From: a virus | DNA length: 64,000 nt | Virus record (IMG/VR): IMGVR_UViG_3300027503_000002 | Direction: 5' to 3' (one strand) | Program-made: the position numbers and the translations under genes | The notes under the pieces: model-generated | What the model saw: only the letters and a program-made list of their open reading frames with translations | Databases searched by the model: none | Told to the model about the DNA's origin: nothing | Shown here: piece by piece, positions 27,791 through 37,475 of the stretch | How positions within the stretch are numbered: position 1 is the stretch's first letter | How the letters are laid out: every line of letters starts with the position of its first letter

Positions 27791-28850
27791 TTCGTTTCAG
27801 CTGAAGGCTTCTCTTGAGTCTTTAGGTTATAACCTAAAAGATTATGGAAGCTATTGGAGAACGAGAGCGCTATATCGCGGCGGGGATAATGGCACTGCTG
27901 TTAAGATATACAAGAACAGCGGCGTATGGACCGACTATGCCGCTAATGGCTCCAAGAGCTATCCCATTCAGAAGCTTATCCAGCTTACACTGAATACAAA
28001 TGATCCAGAGGTGATAAATAAGTATGTAAATACTTCTGCTGAAATTATCATTCAATCAGAGCCTAAACAGAAACTAGAAATGGAAAAGATCTATCCAGAG
28101 TCTCTGCTTTCAAATCTTCTGCCCCACCTTGATTTTTATGAAAAGAAAGGGATCAGTAAAGATACTCTTAATTTTTATAAATGCGGCTATGCAACGGCTG
28201 GTCAGCTTTTTCGTAGAATTGTATTTCCGATTTATAATTCTTCTGGGCAGATCCACGGCTTTTCTGGCAGGGCGATCTTCTGGCAAAAGGATTCAGAGTT
28301 TCCAAAATGGAAACATCTGGGTAAGCGCGCTGATTGGGTTTACCCTCTTAACGTGGAGCGTAACTCTTCGTATGAAGTTAAAGAAACTATTGAGTCCAAA
28401 GGATATGTAATTATTGTCGAGAGTATTGGCGATAGTATGGCGCTGTTTGAAAAAGGCTACAAGAACAATCTTGTGACCTTTGGTCTTGGCGTCTCTTCAA
28501 AAATCTGTTCGACATTAGTCGCCCTTTCTCCAGAAAAGATAATCATTTCGTCAAACAATGATTCTAACGGCGACACTAATCACGGCTTAATCTCTGCGTG
28601 CAAATCTTTCCTTCAACTTTGCTCGATCTTCGATCCTTCAAAGATTGAGATTCGCCTTCCGCTTAAAAACGACTTTTTCGATATGCTTGTGGCAAGCAAT
28701 GAGGGGGAGTCTAATATATTTTCTGATTGGGAAAACAAAAGCATAAATAAGGATCTTCAAATCAAGAAGATTCACGAAATTGCAGTTGCAAATAACTTTT
28801 CTCAGCTTTTAATTAGCCGAGCAAGCAAACTTCTAGATCAAATTGAGTGA
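27771..28850 (+). CDS. DnaG-like primase (TOPRIM)
   Basis: RIVFPIYN..GQIHGFSGR, PKWKH, IIVESIGD, NND. The exact start is uncertain (27759 or 27771). Confidence 0.8.
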   Translation: MSRTSIDSFQLKASLESLGYNLKDYGSYWRTRALYRGGDNGTAVKIYKNSGVWTDYAANGSKSYPIQKLIQLTLNTNDPEVINKYVNTSAEIIIQSEPKQKLEMEKIYPESLLSNLLPHLDFYEKKGISKDTLNFYKCGYATAGQLFRRIVFPIYNSSGQIHGFSGRAIFWQKDSEFPKWKHLGKRADWVYPLNVERNSSYEVKETIESKGYVIIVESIGDSMALFEKGYKNNLVTFGLGVSSKICSTLVALSPEKIIISSNNDSNGDTNHGLISACKSFLQLCSIFDPSKIEIRLPLKNDFFDMLVASNEGESNIFSDWENKSINKDLQIKKIHEIAVANNFSQLLISRASKLLDQIE

Positions 28851-29871
28851 CTCAAAACACGTAGCATTGTCTGCTAGTAGGATTAAGACGCTGGAAAAAT
28901 GCAGCTGGTCTTACTGGTGCAATTATATTTTAAAGCTGCCAGACACACCAAATGATGGATCAAGCAGGGGTGACGTTGTCCACCTTGTTCTTGAAGTTTT
29001 GTCGCATCCAAGAAGAAAGAAGTATGTTGAAAAGATCTTGGAGGCTGGTGATATTTTTTGCATTAAATCAATCAAGTCCTTAACCCTAAAGAGGGCGAGA
29101 AAGAATAAGGTATCTGATCCAGAGAATATTGACTTAATCAAAGAAATGACTTTGGTTGGGCTAAGCTACGACTTTTTTGGCAGCGCCAAAAAGAAACCGG
29201 TCCAAGATTGCAGCGAAAGAGAGTTTGATATTGTTGTAGACGAAGAGAACAAGAAATACAGGATCAAGGGATTTATCGACCGCTTCTTCGCTTATAAGGA
29301 CAAAACGTCTGTAATCCGTGACTATAAGACCAGCAAAGCGGTATTTGCTGGCAAAGACGCCGAAGACAATATGCAGCATCTGATGTATACCTTAGCGTCT
29401 AAGAAGCTTGACCCCGAGCTTACGGCGCGTGTTGAATTTTTATTCTTAAAGTTTGACGTTTCAAAAGGCGGCGATGGTCTTTTGAAAATGGAGCATTTGT
29501 CAGATGAGGACTTGGTAAGCTTTGAGTATCAGCTTACCGAAATTCAAAAAGTTGTAGATAAGTTCTCTGAAGCTGATGCCTATTCTAATTTTGCCGCAGA
29601 TAAGCCGATTCCATCAGACGGATCTTTTTCTGGCAAGCTCGCGTGCGGGTTTGCGAAAAAGAAGGGTGAATTAAAGAAGGATGGCAAGCCAAAGTGGCAT
29701 TGCCCATATAAATTTAGTTTTAATTATTACGCTCTCAGAGATAAGGATAATAAAATTATAAAAAGCTTTTTTGAGGACGATAAGGAAGAGGCTTTTAAAA
29801 TGGCCAAAGATGGACACAAGGTCACAAAAGAATACTATGCTGGGTGCCCAAAACACTTGACACGGGATTGA
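28843..29871 (+). CDS. Cas4/AddB-like PD-(D/E)XK exonuclease
   Basis: LSASRIKTLEKC, G..VH..LE, IKGFIDR, IRDYKTS, QHLMY, and a C-terminal Cys cluster. Confidence 0.8.
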   Translation: MSDSKHVALSASRIKTLEKCSWSYWCNYILKLPDTPNDGSSRGDVVHLVLEVLSHPRRKKYVEKILEAGDIFCIKSIKSLTLKRARKNKVSDPENIDLIKEMTLVGLSYDFFGSAKKKPVQDCSEREFDIVVDEENKKYRIKGFIDRFFAYKDKTSVIRDYKTSKAVFAGKDAEDNMQHLMYTLASKKLDPELTARVEFLFLKFDVSKGGDGLLKMEHLSDEDLVSFEYQLTEIQKVVDKFSEADAYSNFAADKPIPSDGSFSGKLACGFAKKKGELKKDGKPKWHCPYKFSFNYYALRDKDNKIIKSFFEDDKEEAFKMAKDGHKVTKEYYAGCPKHLTRD

Positions 29872-29884
29872 AAGTCTGTAAGAT
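29857..29884 (+). promoter_or_regulatory. sigma70-like promoter, likely leaderless
   Basis: TTGACA-N16-TAAGAT, then 6 nt, then the ATG at 29891. Confidence 0.6.
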
Positions 29885-29890
29885 AGTGGT

Positions 29891-30625
29891 ATGATCCCAC
29901 TATTCAAGTCTAGCTTTTCTGTAGGGAAAAGCATTCTGACTCTGGCCGAGCCAGAGAAGCAGAAGAAAGACGGTCCAGACAGCATTGTCCAGATTGCACT
30001 AGAGAATAATCTGAAGACACTGCATTTGGTAGAAGATTCTCTGACAGGGTTCTTGACGGCATTCAAGACCTGTGCAAAGCACGACATTCATCTTAGATTC
30101 GGATTGAGGATGGATATTTGCAACTCTTACGAGTCTATCGATACCTCCAAAAGCAAAGTGATTCTTTTTGCCAAGAATGATTCTGGCTTTAAAAGCGTCA
30201 GTAAGATATTCACTTATGCGAATACAGAGAAAGATGGCATCATCTCTAATGACGACCTAGCGTCACGCTTAACTGACGACATCCTGTTGGCTATTCCATT
30301 TTACGATAGTTTCGTTTGGCAGAACTGGCAGTACTTTAGAAACTGTATGCCTACATTTTTAAAAGATTTCGATCACGTATTCTTTACGGAAAATAATAAA
30401 CTCCCTTTTGACTCTGTAATTGGAGAGGCTGTAAAATCAATGACCGCTGCCCCAGTAATGGTGAAGTCCATCTATTATAAAAACAGAGATGACTATGAGG
30501 CTTGGTTAACTTATAAAATTGCCTGCAACAGAAGAATGGGAAAGCATCAAACGCTTTCGGCTCCAGAAGTTAATGGCTGCGCGAGTAAGGAGTTCTGTTT
30601 CCAATCTTGGAAGGAGGCATCGTGA
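29891..30625 (+). CDS. Stand-alone PHP domain of DNA polymerase III alpha (N-terminal part of a split DnaE)
   Basis: KSSFSVGKSIL, LRFGLRM, VILFAKNDSGFKSVSKI, IYYKNRDD; the metal-binding His residues are degenerate. Confidence 0.75.
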   Translation: MIPLFKSSFSVGKSILTLAEPEKQKKDGPDSIVQIALENNLKTLHLVEDSLTGFLTAFKTCAKHDIHLRFGLRMDICNSYESIDTSKSKVILFAKNDSGFKSVSKIFTYANTEKDGIISNDDLASRLTDDILLAIPFYDSFVWQNWQYFRNCMPTFLKDFDHVFFTENNKLPFDSVIGEAVKSMTAAPVMVKSIYYKNRDDYEAWLTYKIACNRRMGKHQTLSAPEVNGCASKEFCFQSWKEAS

Positions 30626-31248
30626 ATACGCTTTTAAAACAAAATCTTAATCAGAAGTTTGTAGTATTTGATACAGAGACCGAAGGCTTGTCTCTTACCT
30701 CTTCTCGCCCTTGGCAGCTTTCTTGGATTGTTTGTCAAGGAGAAAAGATCCTTGAGTCACACGACGAATTTGTTTTATACCCTGATCTGAATGTTTCAGA
30801 TGAAGCAGCGAGAATAACTGGGTTTGACAAGTCATCTTATCTTTCAAAGGCCAAGCCACCAATCGATGTGTGGCAGAAATTTGCACCGTATCTTTATGAC
30901 TCCAACAACCTTCTTGTTGGTCAGAATATTTTAAATTATGACATTTATATTCTGAACACAATGATGGGCACAATTGGAATTCAGAATAACTGGAGCTTTC
31001 TGAATCGCTGCATTGACACACGCGCGCTATCAACGGCAATGTTCAAAGGCATTCAGCCATCTGGCGACTTGCTGCCTTGGCAGATGAAGTTGATGAACTT
31101 TCACGAAAAGGGTTTAAAGACCAGTCAAGCTTTTATGCTAAAGCACTTTGCAATTGATCACGACCCCAGTAAGCTACACAATGCGCTATACGATATCACA
31201 ATGAATTATAAGATTTTCCGTAAGCTTATTATGGAGGTAAACGTATGA
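30622..31248 (+). CDS. DEDDh 3'-5' exonuclease (DnaQ-like)
   Basis: VFDTETEGL, GQNILNYD, IDT, LHNALYDI. GTGA overlap start at 30622. Confidence 0.85.
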   Translation: MNTLLKQNLNQKFVVFDTETEGLSLTSSRPWQLSWIVCQGEKILESHDEFVLYPDLNVSDEAARITGFDKSSYLSKAKPPIDVWQKFAPYLYDSNNLLVGQNILNYDIYILNTMMGTIGIQNNWSFLNRCIDTRALSTAMFKGIQPSGDLLPWQMKLMNFHEKGLKTSQAFMLKHFAIDHDPSKLHNALYDITMNYKIFRKLIMEVNV

Positions 31249-33809
31249 TCGATTTTAACGCCTGCTTTCAAAAGTACGAGCATCCCGTTCCTCCGGGCGT
31301 ACGTCTTCCAGAGATCAAGATAGATGCCCGCCACTATGAGAATCTTGGCATCTCACCTTCTGTTTCAAACTATGAGTTCCTCCGTCAACTCTGCCTCAAG
31401 GCAGTCAAGGAAAAAGGCATCGACAAACTTAACAATAAAAAAGAATATTATGAACGAGCAAAATACGAGCTTTCAGTTTTTGAAGAACTGGGCTTCACTG
31501 ACTATATCCTGCTTAATTGGGACATTCTTAATTACGCTCATGAGCATAGCATTCCTACTGGCTATGGGCGTGGCTCTGCTGCTGGTTCTCTTATTCTCTT
31601 TCTTATTGGGGTTACCAATGTAGACCCGATCAAGAATGGGCTGTTCTTTGAACGCTTCGTCTCAAAGAGCCGCGCAAAGAAGATTGTGGTGGACGGAGTC
31701 ACTTATCTCGATGGCTCACTGATGCCTGACGTAGATAATGACATTGAGTTCTCTCGCCGTCAGGATGTAATCAATTACATCAAGACTAAGTATTCAGGCA
31801 AGACTTGTAAGATCTTGACTATGAATACTTTGACAGGAAAACTTTGCATTAAAGAGTGTGGCAAGATCGTCGGAGAGATGACGGAGGATGATGTTAATGC
31901 GGTAAGCGACTCTATCCCAAAGCAATTCGGTAAAGTCTTTGCCCTGAAGGACGCTTACGATGAAAGCGAAATCTTCAGAGCATTCTGCGATAAGAATCCT
32001 AAAGTATTCAAGATCGCCAAGAAGATCGAGGGTTTAAACAAGAATACTGGCGTTCATCCATCCGGCATATCAATCTCTTATTATAATAACGAGGACATTA
32101 TGCCGCTTCAGAAGACTGGAGATGGCGAGGTTGTTTCTGGATACGATATGAATAACGTATCAGAAATCACAGTTAAGTTTGATATCCTTGGGCTTAGAAC
32201 ACTCTCTGTTGTGTTTGACACTTGTCAGAGACTTGGGCTTGATTTTAAAACAGTTAATTTTGACCAGCCTTCAACTTATGGATTTCTGCAAGACCTAAAG
32301 AATCCAAAGGGCTTGTTCCAAATTGAAGCCAATACAAACTTCCACGTTTGCAAGAAAGTCAAGCCGCGAAATATGCTTGAGCTTGCCTGCGTACTATCTC
32401 TTGCGCGACCCGGAGCATTGGACTTTCTAGATCAGTACGCTAGATACGTTGAGACTGGAGATTTCCAATCCGTTCACCCGTTCTTTGACGATATCCTTAG
32501 CATTACTGGCGGCATCCCAATCTTCCAAGAGCAGCTAATGAAGATGATTGTCAAGGTTGGATTTACCCTTGACGAAGCTGAAACTGTCCGGCGCATCATT
32601 GGTAAGAAGAAGGTTAGCGAGATGCCAGCTTGGAAAGAGAAGATTGTAAACAAGGTAAGGGAGAATAATCTTGATTCGCAAATCGCAGATGTCCTTTGGA
32701 AGGTAGCCGAGGATAGTGCAAACTATTCGTTTAATCTTTCTCACGCAGCAAGTTACGCCACACTTTCTGCGCTAACGACTTATTTAAAGTTCAATTATCC
32801 CAAAGAGTTCTTCTTGGCTCTACTCAAGTCTTCTAGACACGAACCAGATCCGCACGAAGAGATCGAAACAATCTCTCAAGAACTACCATTTTTTGGAATC
32901 AGATTGCTTGCCCCAGACTTGGTTAAGTCTAAGCCTGATTTTGAAATCGAAGATAATAATATTCGCTTTGGCTTAAACGCCATCAAGGGAGTTTCAGATA
33001 AGATTCTTTCCAAGTTGCTTGAGTTTCGCCAAGGAGAGTTCTCAAATAAAATTGATTGTTTCGATGGAGCCAAGGAAGCCAGTCTGAATATCGGAGTTCT
33101 TTCCGCACTGATTCAAGCCGGAACCTTATCCAGCTTTTCGGAAAAGCGTTGCAGACTTGTGCTTGAAGCCCAGACTTATAATGTTCTTACTGATCGCGAG
33201 AAGAGAAATGTAAAACTTCTGGCGCCAAAATATGGCTACGATGTCTTGACAACCATCTCGGAAGCGATGAAGAATAAGCAAGTTGCAGATGACGGCAAAG
33301 CTCTGATGTCCGAAAAACGCTACAATACTTTCAAAGCCAAGTACGAACCATTCAAGCGTATTTATGAGATGAATAAGAAATACGAGAAGTTTGCTAATTG
33401 GTTTTTTGAGAAGCGGCTTCTTGGATACAGCTATACTTACAAGCTGAAGGAAGTGTTCCAAGATACTGACTCTGACGCTTTGCTAACCAGCTATGAAGTT
33501 CTGCAATCAGAACCAAGGCAAGCGGTGAAGATGGTTGGTATTGTTAAGGAAGCTCGCAAAAAAACTAGCAGAAACGGCAACAACTATTTGTTTATCAAAC
33601 TATCCGATGAGTACGGCCAGATCTCTTGCCGGTTAATGGACGGTCGCCAAGATAATATGACAAGATATTATGAAGGCGAAGGTCGCACGCCCAAGGAAGA
33701 TGAGATTGTAATTGTGTATGGAAATAAATCTGACGATTCTATATTTTTAAATACACTGTCAATCTTGAACGAGAAAATTTATACAAAGCTTTCTGATTTA
33801 GAATCTTAA
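31245..33809 (+). CDS. dnaE: DNA polymerase III alpha catalytic core (lacks PHP)
   Basis: GRGSAAGSL, FERF, MPDVDND, GVHPSG, KFDILGL, YSFNLSHA, IRFGLNAIKGV, and a C-terminal OB fold. Confidence 0.92.
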   Translation: MIDFNACFQKYEHPVPPGVRLPEIKIDARHYENLGISPSVSNYEFLRQLCLKAVKEKGIDKLNNKKEYYERAKYELSVFEELGFTDYILLNWDILNYAHEHSIPTGYGRGSAAGSLILFLIGVTNVDPIKNGLFFERFVSKSRAKKIVVDGVTYLDGSLMPDVDNDIEFSRRQDVINYIKTKYSGKTCKILTMNTLTGKLCIKECGKIVGEMTEDDVNAVSDSIPKQFGKVFALKDAYDESEIFRAFCDKNPKVFKIAKKIEGLNKNTGVHPSGISISYYNNEDIMPLQKTGDGEVVSGYDMNNVSEITVKFDILGLRTLSVVFDTCQRLGLDFKTVNFDQPSTYGFLQDLKNPKGLFQIEANTNFHVCKKVKPRNMLELACVLSLARPGALDFLDQYARYVETGDFQSVHPFFDDILSITGGIPIFQEQLMKMIVKVGFTLDEAETVRRIIGKKKVSEMPAWKEKIVNKVRENNLDSQIADVLWKVAEDSANYSFNLSHAASYATLSALTTYLKFNYPKEFFLALLKSSRHEPDPHEEIETISQELPFFGIRLLAPDLVKSKPDFEIEDNNIRFGLNAIKGVSDKILSKLLEFRQGEFSNKIDCFDGAKEASLNIGVLSALIQAGTLSSFSEKRCRLVLEAQTYNVLTDREKRNVKLLAPKYGYDVLTTISEAMKNKQVADDGKALMSEKRYNTFKAKYEPFKRIYEMNKKYEKFANWFFEKRLLGYSYTYKLKEVFQDTDSDALLTSYEVLQSEPRQAVKMVGIVKEARKKTSRNGNNYLFIKLSDEYGQISCRLMDGRQDNMTRYYEGEGRTPKEDEIVIVYGNKSDDSIFLNTLSILNEKIYTKLSDLES

Positions 33810-33812
33810 ACA

Positions 33813-33819
33813 GTGTAAA
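33813..33819 (+). promoter_or_regulatory. GTGTAAA motif, putative late promoter
   Basis: Starts 15 nt before the in-frame GTG at 33828, suggesting that is the true start. Confidence 0.55.
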
Positions 33820-33827
33820 TGAATACA

Positions 33828-36239
33828 GTGCAAGAAATCAATTTCACGCCAAAGGCCAAAAGAGTCTTAGACGTTGCCAAACAAGCTTGCATAGAGAAAA
33901 AAATCGCTGAAATAAGCGATGGCTTCCTGTTTTATGCCCTGCTAAAATCGGACTCGATGATCGTAAACTCTGCCTTTAGCGGCATTAAGATTTCTCCACA
34001 AGAACTTGCGGATGTTGTATGGAAAGCGCTTCCATCAACTGTCAAAGGATCTGCAAAAGAAAACGCAGAGTTTAATCAGATTTCTAATAAGATTATCTCT
34101 GAGTCTCTTACGTATTCAAAGCAGTACAGTCAAAACTATACCGGAGTAGAGCACATCTTCAGATCGGCGCTAACCCACTCTCCGTTTATTAAAAAATTCT
34201 TTAAAAAGAATGGCATTGATATCGGATATATTGCCGAAAGGATTGATTCTGGGTGTAAAAATATTTCTAACCCAAAGAAAAAGGTTTCCACGCCAACTCA
34301 AGGATCTGAGCCTAATTTAAAATCCGCCGCAATCAAAAGCTATTGCATTAATTACAATGAGAAAGCGGCTAAGGGAGATTTTGATCTTATTTGCTTTAGA
34401 GAAAAGGAAGTTGAGCAGATGTCAGAAATCCTTTGCCGCAAACAAAAGAAGAATCCAATTATTGTTGGAGAAGCTGGCGTAGGCAAAAGCGCTATCGTAG
34501 GACTATTGGCGAAACATATTGTCGCTGGAGACTGCACCGAATTTCTTCTTGGCAAGGTTATTTTGCAGCTTGATATGACTGCCCTTGTCGCTGGCACAAA
34601 CCTTCGCGGCCAGTTTGAGGAGCGTCTCCATAAGATCCTAAATGAAGTTAAGGCGCAAAAGAACATCATTCTGTTTATTGATGAGATTCATACAATTACT
34701 GGAATGGGCAATGACGAGGGGTCTCTTGACGCATCAAATATCTTAAAGCCTTATCTTGCTGGTGACGAGATCAGTTGCATTGGTGCAACAACCCAGAAAG
34801 AATATGAGAAGTACTTCCAGAACGACTCGGCAATGAATCGCCGCTTTGAGCCTTTGTTCATCAAAGAACCCTCAAAGAAGGATACGTTAAAAATACTTAA
34901 AAACATAAAGAATCACTACGAGTTGTTTCACGCGGTACACTATCCAGATAAAATCTTGGAAGGCGTCGTTGATCTTTGCGAAAAGTATATTACCAATAGA
35001 AGATTCCCAGACAAGGCGATAGACTTGATGGATCACGTAGGCTCAAAGTCAAAGATTAAAATCTATGCCAGACCAGAGCTATTCAAAGACTTGGAGAAAA
35101 AGCTTGCTGGCACAACGGAGGAGGACGAAATCTCTTTTATAGTAAAAGAGTACGAAGATAGGTATAACCAATGGTTTTCGTCGCTCAAGGACTCTAAAAA
35201 GGAAGTGAGCAAGCAGGATCTTTATGCTGCCCTCTCCGACAAGATTGGCGTATTCATAGACGCCAACGTTTCTGATTCAAAGTTTAAAAACATTTTTACA
35301 AATCTGCAAAAGCACGTATTCGGACAGGACGAGGCTTTAAGAAAGATCTCCAACTGCGTTGTCAGATCTTCGTTTGGACTCTCATCGTCTAACAGACCCC
35401 TTGGCAGTTTTATGTTTTTGGGGCCAACGGGGTCTGGCAAAACATATCTTGCCAAGACACTAGCTATGGAAGCTTTTGGCAGTGAGTCAAGCTTAGTTAG
35501 GCTCGATATGTCAGAGTTTATGGAGCAGGCTTCGGTATCAAAGCTTATCGGCTCGCCTCCCGGTTACATTGGATTTGGCGAATCCAATATTCTTTCCGAG
35601 CAGCTTCAGAAGTTTCCATCCAGCATCTTCTTGTTTGATGAAGTCGAAAAGGCGCATCCAGATGTTATTAACATTCTATTGCAAATTATGGACAATGGCC
35701 AACTGACAACTTCAGTTGGACGCAAACTTGACTTTAAAAATTCTATTATTATCTTGACTGGGAATGTTGGCTTTCAGTTTGCCGATAACAAGAAAATGGG
35801 ATTCTTCCAAGCAGCCGCACAAGCTTTGACCAAGGACGTTGTTAAGGAAAACTTGCAAAAATTTTTCCGCCCAGAGTTCTTGGCTCGCCTTAATGATATT
35901 GTTGTATTTAACTCGTTGACAGAAGAAGCTTTACGAAAGATTGCTGAGAAAGAAATCTCCAAGATCAAGGACAGTCTTAAAGATAAACAGATAGCATTTC
36001 GTGTCTCAGAAGAAGTTTATGCTTTCATTCTTAATGAAACAAAAAGCTCAAACGACGGCGCAAGAAAGATCATCTTCTTCGTTGAGAATGAATTAAAGAC
36101 AAAGATCGTTGACGTTTTGGCGTCTGGATCATATAATGATATTGCCGTGTCTTTGGAAAACGGGGCAATAAAAGTGGATGGAAAATCAAAAAAACTTCGT
36201 TCAGCACGTAATTCAGAGCAACGACATTCTCCCAATTGA
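33828..36239 (+). CDS. ClpA/ClpC-type Hsp100 AAA+ ATPase
   Basis: Clp N-domain (FTPKAKRVL, TGVEHI), two Walker A motifs (GEAGVGKS, GPTGSGKT), FIDEIH, LFDEVEKAH, MGF loop, FRPEFLARL. Alternative start at 33819. Confidence 0.9.
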   Translation: MQEINFTPKAKRVLDVAKQACIEKKIAEISDGFLFYALLKSDSMIVNSAFSGIKISPQELADVVWKALPSTVKGSAKENAEFNQISNKIISESLTYSKQYSQNYTGVEHIFRSALTHSPFIKKFFKKNGIDIGYIAERIDSGCKNISNPKKKVSTPTQGSEPNLKSAAIKSYCINYNEKAAKGDFDLICFREKEVEQMSEILCRKQKKNPIIVGEAGVGKSAIVGLLAKHIVAGDCTEFLLGKVILQLDMTALVAGTNLRGQFEERLHKILNEVKAQKNIILFIDEIHTITGMGNDEGSLDASNILKPYLAGDEISCIGATTQKEYEKYFQNDSAMNRRFEPLFIKEPSKKDTLKILKNIKNHYELFHAVHYPDKILEGVVDLCEKYITNRRFPDKAIDLMDHVGSKSKIKIYARPELFKDLEKKLAGTTEEDEISFIVKEYEDRYNQWFSSLKDSKKEVSKQDLYAALSDKIGVFIDANVSDSKFKNIFTNLQKHVFGQDEALRKISNCVVRSSFGLSSSNRPLGSFMFLGPTGSGKTYLAKTLAMEAFGSESSLVRLDMSEFMEQASVSKLIGSPPGYIGFGESNILSEQLQKFPSSIFLFDEVEKAHPDVINILLQIMDNGQLTTSVGRKLDFKNSIIILTGNVGFQFADNKKMGFFQAAAQALTKDVVKENLQKFFRPEFLARLNDIVVFNSLTEEALRKIAEKEISKIKDSLKDKQIAFRVSEEVYAFILNETKSSNDGARKIIFFVENELKTKIVDVLASGSYNDIAVSLENGAIKVDGKSKKLRSARNSEQRHSPN

Positions 36240-37167
36240 GGAGGAGATGGTTAATGAGATCAGGTTAGTTATTGAAGGTAAGCTTGGCGCCGAAATTACT
36301 TCAATAGAAAAAAGATCTACTGAGGTTCTTTACGACTCTTACTTTGCAATCAGCGATAAAAAGCCGCTATTGATTAAAGTTAACCTGTCGCCAGAAATGC
36401 CCAATTTTTGGAAAGAGTTGGTCCAATATAATTTTCCTTTTCATCCAAAGATAGTTTGCGCCTCGGATGAATATTCGATCAATAAATTTATTTGTTTCGA
36501 GCTTCCAAGGGGGATTTTTCTTTCTGACATTTCGAACTATCCGTTAAGTTCAAGATTAAATTTGGTGTCAGATTTTGCGAGAGACGTTAAGAAAATGCAC
36601 CAGACGAAGATAAAGGATGAGGATGATACGCTTCGCATTTTTAATGCAATGTGTCCATTTGAAGCATCGATGATTTATGACACATTTCCTTTGGCCCAGT
36701 TAGTTGGGACAATGAGGTCCGTATTCAAAGGACTTTACAAATCAGACTTGCAAGATTGCGGGCTTGCACACTTTGACATTTGTCCAGAAAATGTTATCCA
36801 GTCAAATAAAGAATTTAAATTCTTAAATTTTGAATACGCTGGCAATGCAAACATTTACATTGATATCTGGATGATGCAGCAGACAATGAACGCTTCGGAT
36901 CAAAACTTTCTGAATTTTATTGATCACTACGAACTTAACAAAACAAAGCTGCATTCATACAGGGAAGCGGCTGACTTATTCTCTTTTGCTTATTTTAATT
37001 CAAAGATTATTGCCGAGTATATGACATTTGGCGTTAGGAATCATATTAAATTAAGATACTGGATAAACAAATCTGAAGCCTGCTATTCTCCTGTCGCGCA
37101 TAAACTTTTTATCGAAAAAAAACTAGACAATAAGATACGTCAGTTCTATAATTTGTGGAAACAATAA
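36178..37167 (+). CDS. APH/choline-kinase-like phosphotransferase fold protein
   Basis: LLIKV, AHFDICPENVI (HxDxxxxN), and FLNFEYAG where DFE is expected. Confidence 0.55.
   Translation: MENQKNFVQHVIQSNDILPIEEEMVNEIRLVIEGKLGAEITSIEKRSTEVLYDSYFAISDKKPLLIKVNLSPEMPNFWKELVQYNFPFHPKIVCASDEYSINKFICFELPRGIFLSDISNYPLSSRLNLVSDFARDVKKMHQTKIKDEDDTLRIFNAMCPFEASMIYDTFPLAQLVGTMRSVFKGLYKSDLQDCGLAHFDICPENVIQSNKEFKFLNFEYAGNANIYIDIWMMQQTMNASDQNFLNFIDHYELNKTKLHSYREAADLFSFAYFNSKIIAEYMTFGVRNHIKLRYWINKSEACYSPVAHKLFIEKKLDNKIRQFYNLWKQ
37124..37152 (+). promoter_or_regulatory. sigma70-like promoter
   Basis: TAGACA-N17-TATAAT upstream of the ATG at 37169. Confidence 0.6.
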
Positions 37168-37168
37168 T

Positions 37169-37405
37169 ATGAACAATAAGAACAATCGCGCAATCACTAC
37201 GATTCAAAATACCGCAGGCCGCTTTTTTGGCCTTGAGACTGCTACTGAAATTATTAACGCTCGCCTTGTCGAGTTTGGCCCCTCGCTTATCACCGTGGAG
37301 GACCGTAACTCTGGAACCAATCGACGCTTCGCTAAGAATCAAATCACAGCTGTAACTTTTAAGGGACGAAGAATCACTGCTGTTCCTAATAAGCCCCGAG
37401 CTTAA
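37169..37405 (+). CDS. Small basic hypothetical protein
   Basis: Has its own promoter and terminator. Confidence 0.65.
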   Translation: MNNKNNRAITTIQNTAGRFFGLETATEIINARLVEFGPSLITVEDRNSGTNRRFAKNQITAVTFKGRRITAVPNKPRA

Positions 37406-37429
37406 TTAAAATTAACCCCTAAAACCACT

Positions 37430-37458
37430 GAGCCGAATGCAAATTCGGCTCTTTTTTT
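37430..37458 (+). terminator. Intrinsic terminator
   Basis: GAGCCGAAT-GCAA-ATTCGGCTC followed by T7. Confidence 0.85.
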
Positions 37459-37459
37459 A

Positions 37460-37467
37460 GTGTAAAT
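37460..37467 (+). promoter_or_regulatory. GTGTAAAT motif, putative late promoter
   Basis: Immediately after the terminator, starting 16 nt before the ATG at 37476. Confidence 0.65.
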
Positions 37468-37475
37468 ACTAAGGT

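Noticed and set aside
28843-29871. CRISPR-Cas locus suggested by the Cas4-like gene
   Set aside because: No array or other cas genes; the gene lies within a replication operon.
29891-33809. Split intein in DnaE
   Set aside because: No C/S-start intein N-block and no HN-C/S/T junction at the ORF ends.
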